From Camelus ferus (Eukaryota), in contig NC_045696.1 of assembly GCF_009834535.1 (NCBI RefSeq), positions 37,574,001 to 37,638,000 on the forward strand: a stretch of 64,000 nucleotides of DNA, in the 5' to 3' direction. Under the pieces are notes generated by a model. That model was given only the letters and a program-made list of their open reading frames with translations, made no database searches and was not told the origin of the DNA. Position 1 is the stretch's first letter; the number at the start of each line of letters is the position of its first letter. Shown in pieces: positions 63,886-64,000 of the stretch. Made by a program: the position numbers and the translations under genes.

Positions 63886-64000
63886 ATATTATATTTGAGT
63901 AAAGTTCTTTTTTTACTTGCTCTAAATTGTACTGATCAAGCTACTCCTGGAGCGTGATCCATTTTTTGACAACAGAGATAACAATCCTATAGGAAAAGGA

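Noticed and set aside
1..64000. Prokaryote-type systems (CRISPR arrays, operons, defence islands, retrons)
   Set aside because: The sequence is mammalian, repeat-rich DNA, with no regularly spaced repeat-spacer array and no dense coding regions.

Overview
This is AT-rich, CpG-depleted mammalian genomic DNA, not microbial. A tRNA-derived SINE of the camelid vic-1 type and cetartiodactyl-style L1 3' ends point to a camelid (alpaca, llama or camel). Most of the window is intron-like or intergenic and dense with old repeats: L1, L2, MIR, MaLR/ERVL/ERV1 LTRs and internal fossils, MER5A and microsatellites. No ORF in the six-frame track is a recognisable cellular gene; the longest (215 aa) is a chimera of two nested L1 ORF2 fragments. 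Reading splice signals by eye gives a phase-consistent set of small minus-strand exons (54477-54487, 46807-46856, 19496-19626, possibly 15074-15098 and 953-1087). They would encode MEARRRKPMTILPLNLRIDEAKVIEIILRERMIKK..., with one frame-disrupting lesion in the 131-nt exon. I cannot name this gene and it remains a hypothesis. Other notable items are a tailless 5S rRNA retrocopy with target-site duplications, a twin-primed L1, an ERV-L gag/pro/RT fossil with nested L1s, an ERV-L dUTPase fossil, an ERV1 integrase plus LTR, and an internally deleted old L1. I found no evidence of a novel multi-gene system. Repeat family names come from remembered consensus sequences and their boundaries are approximate.
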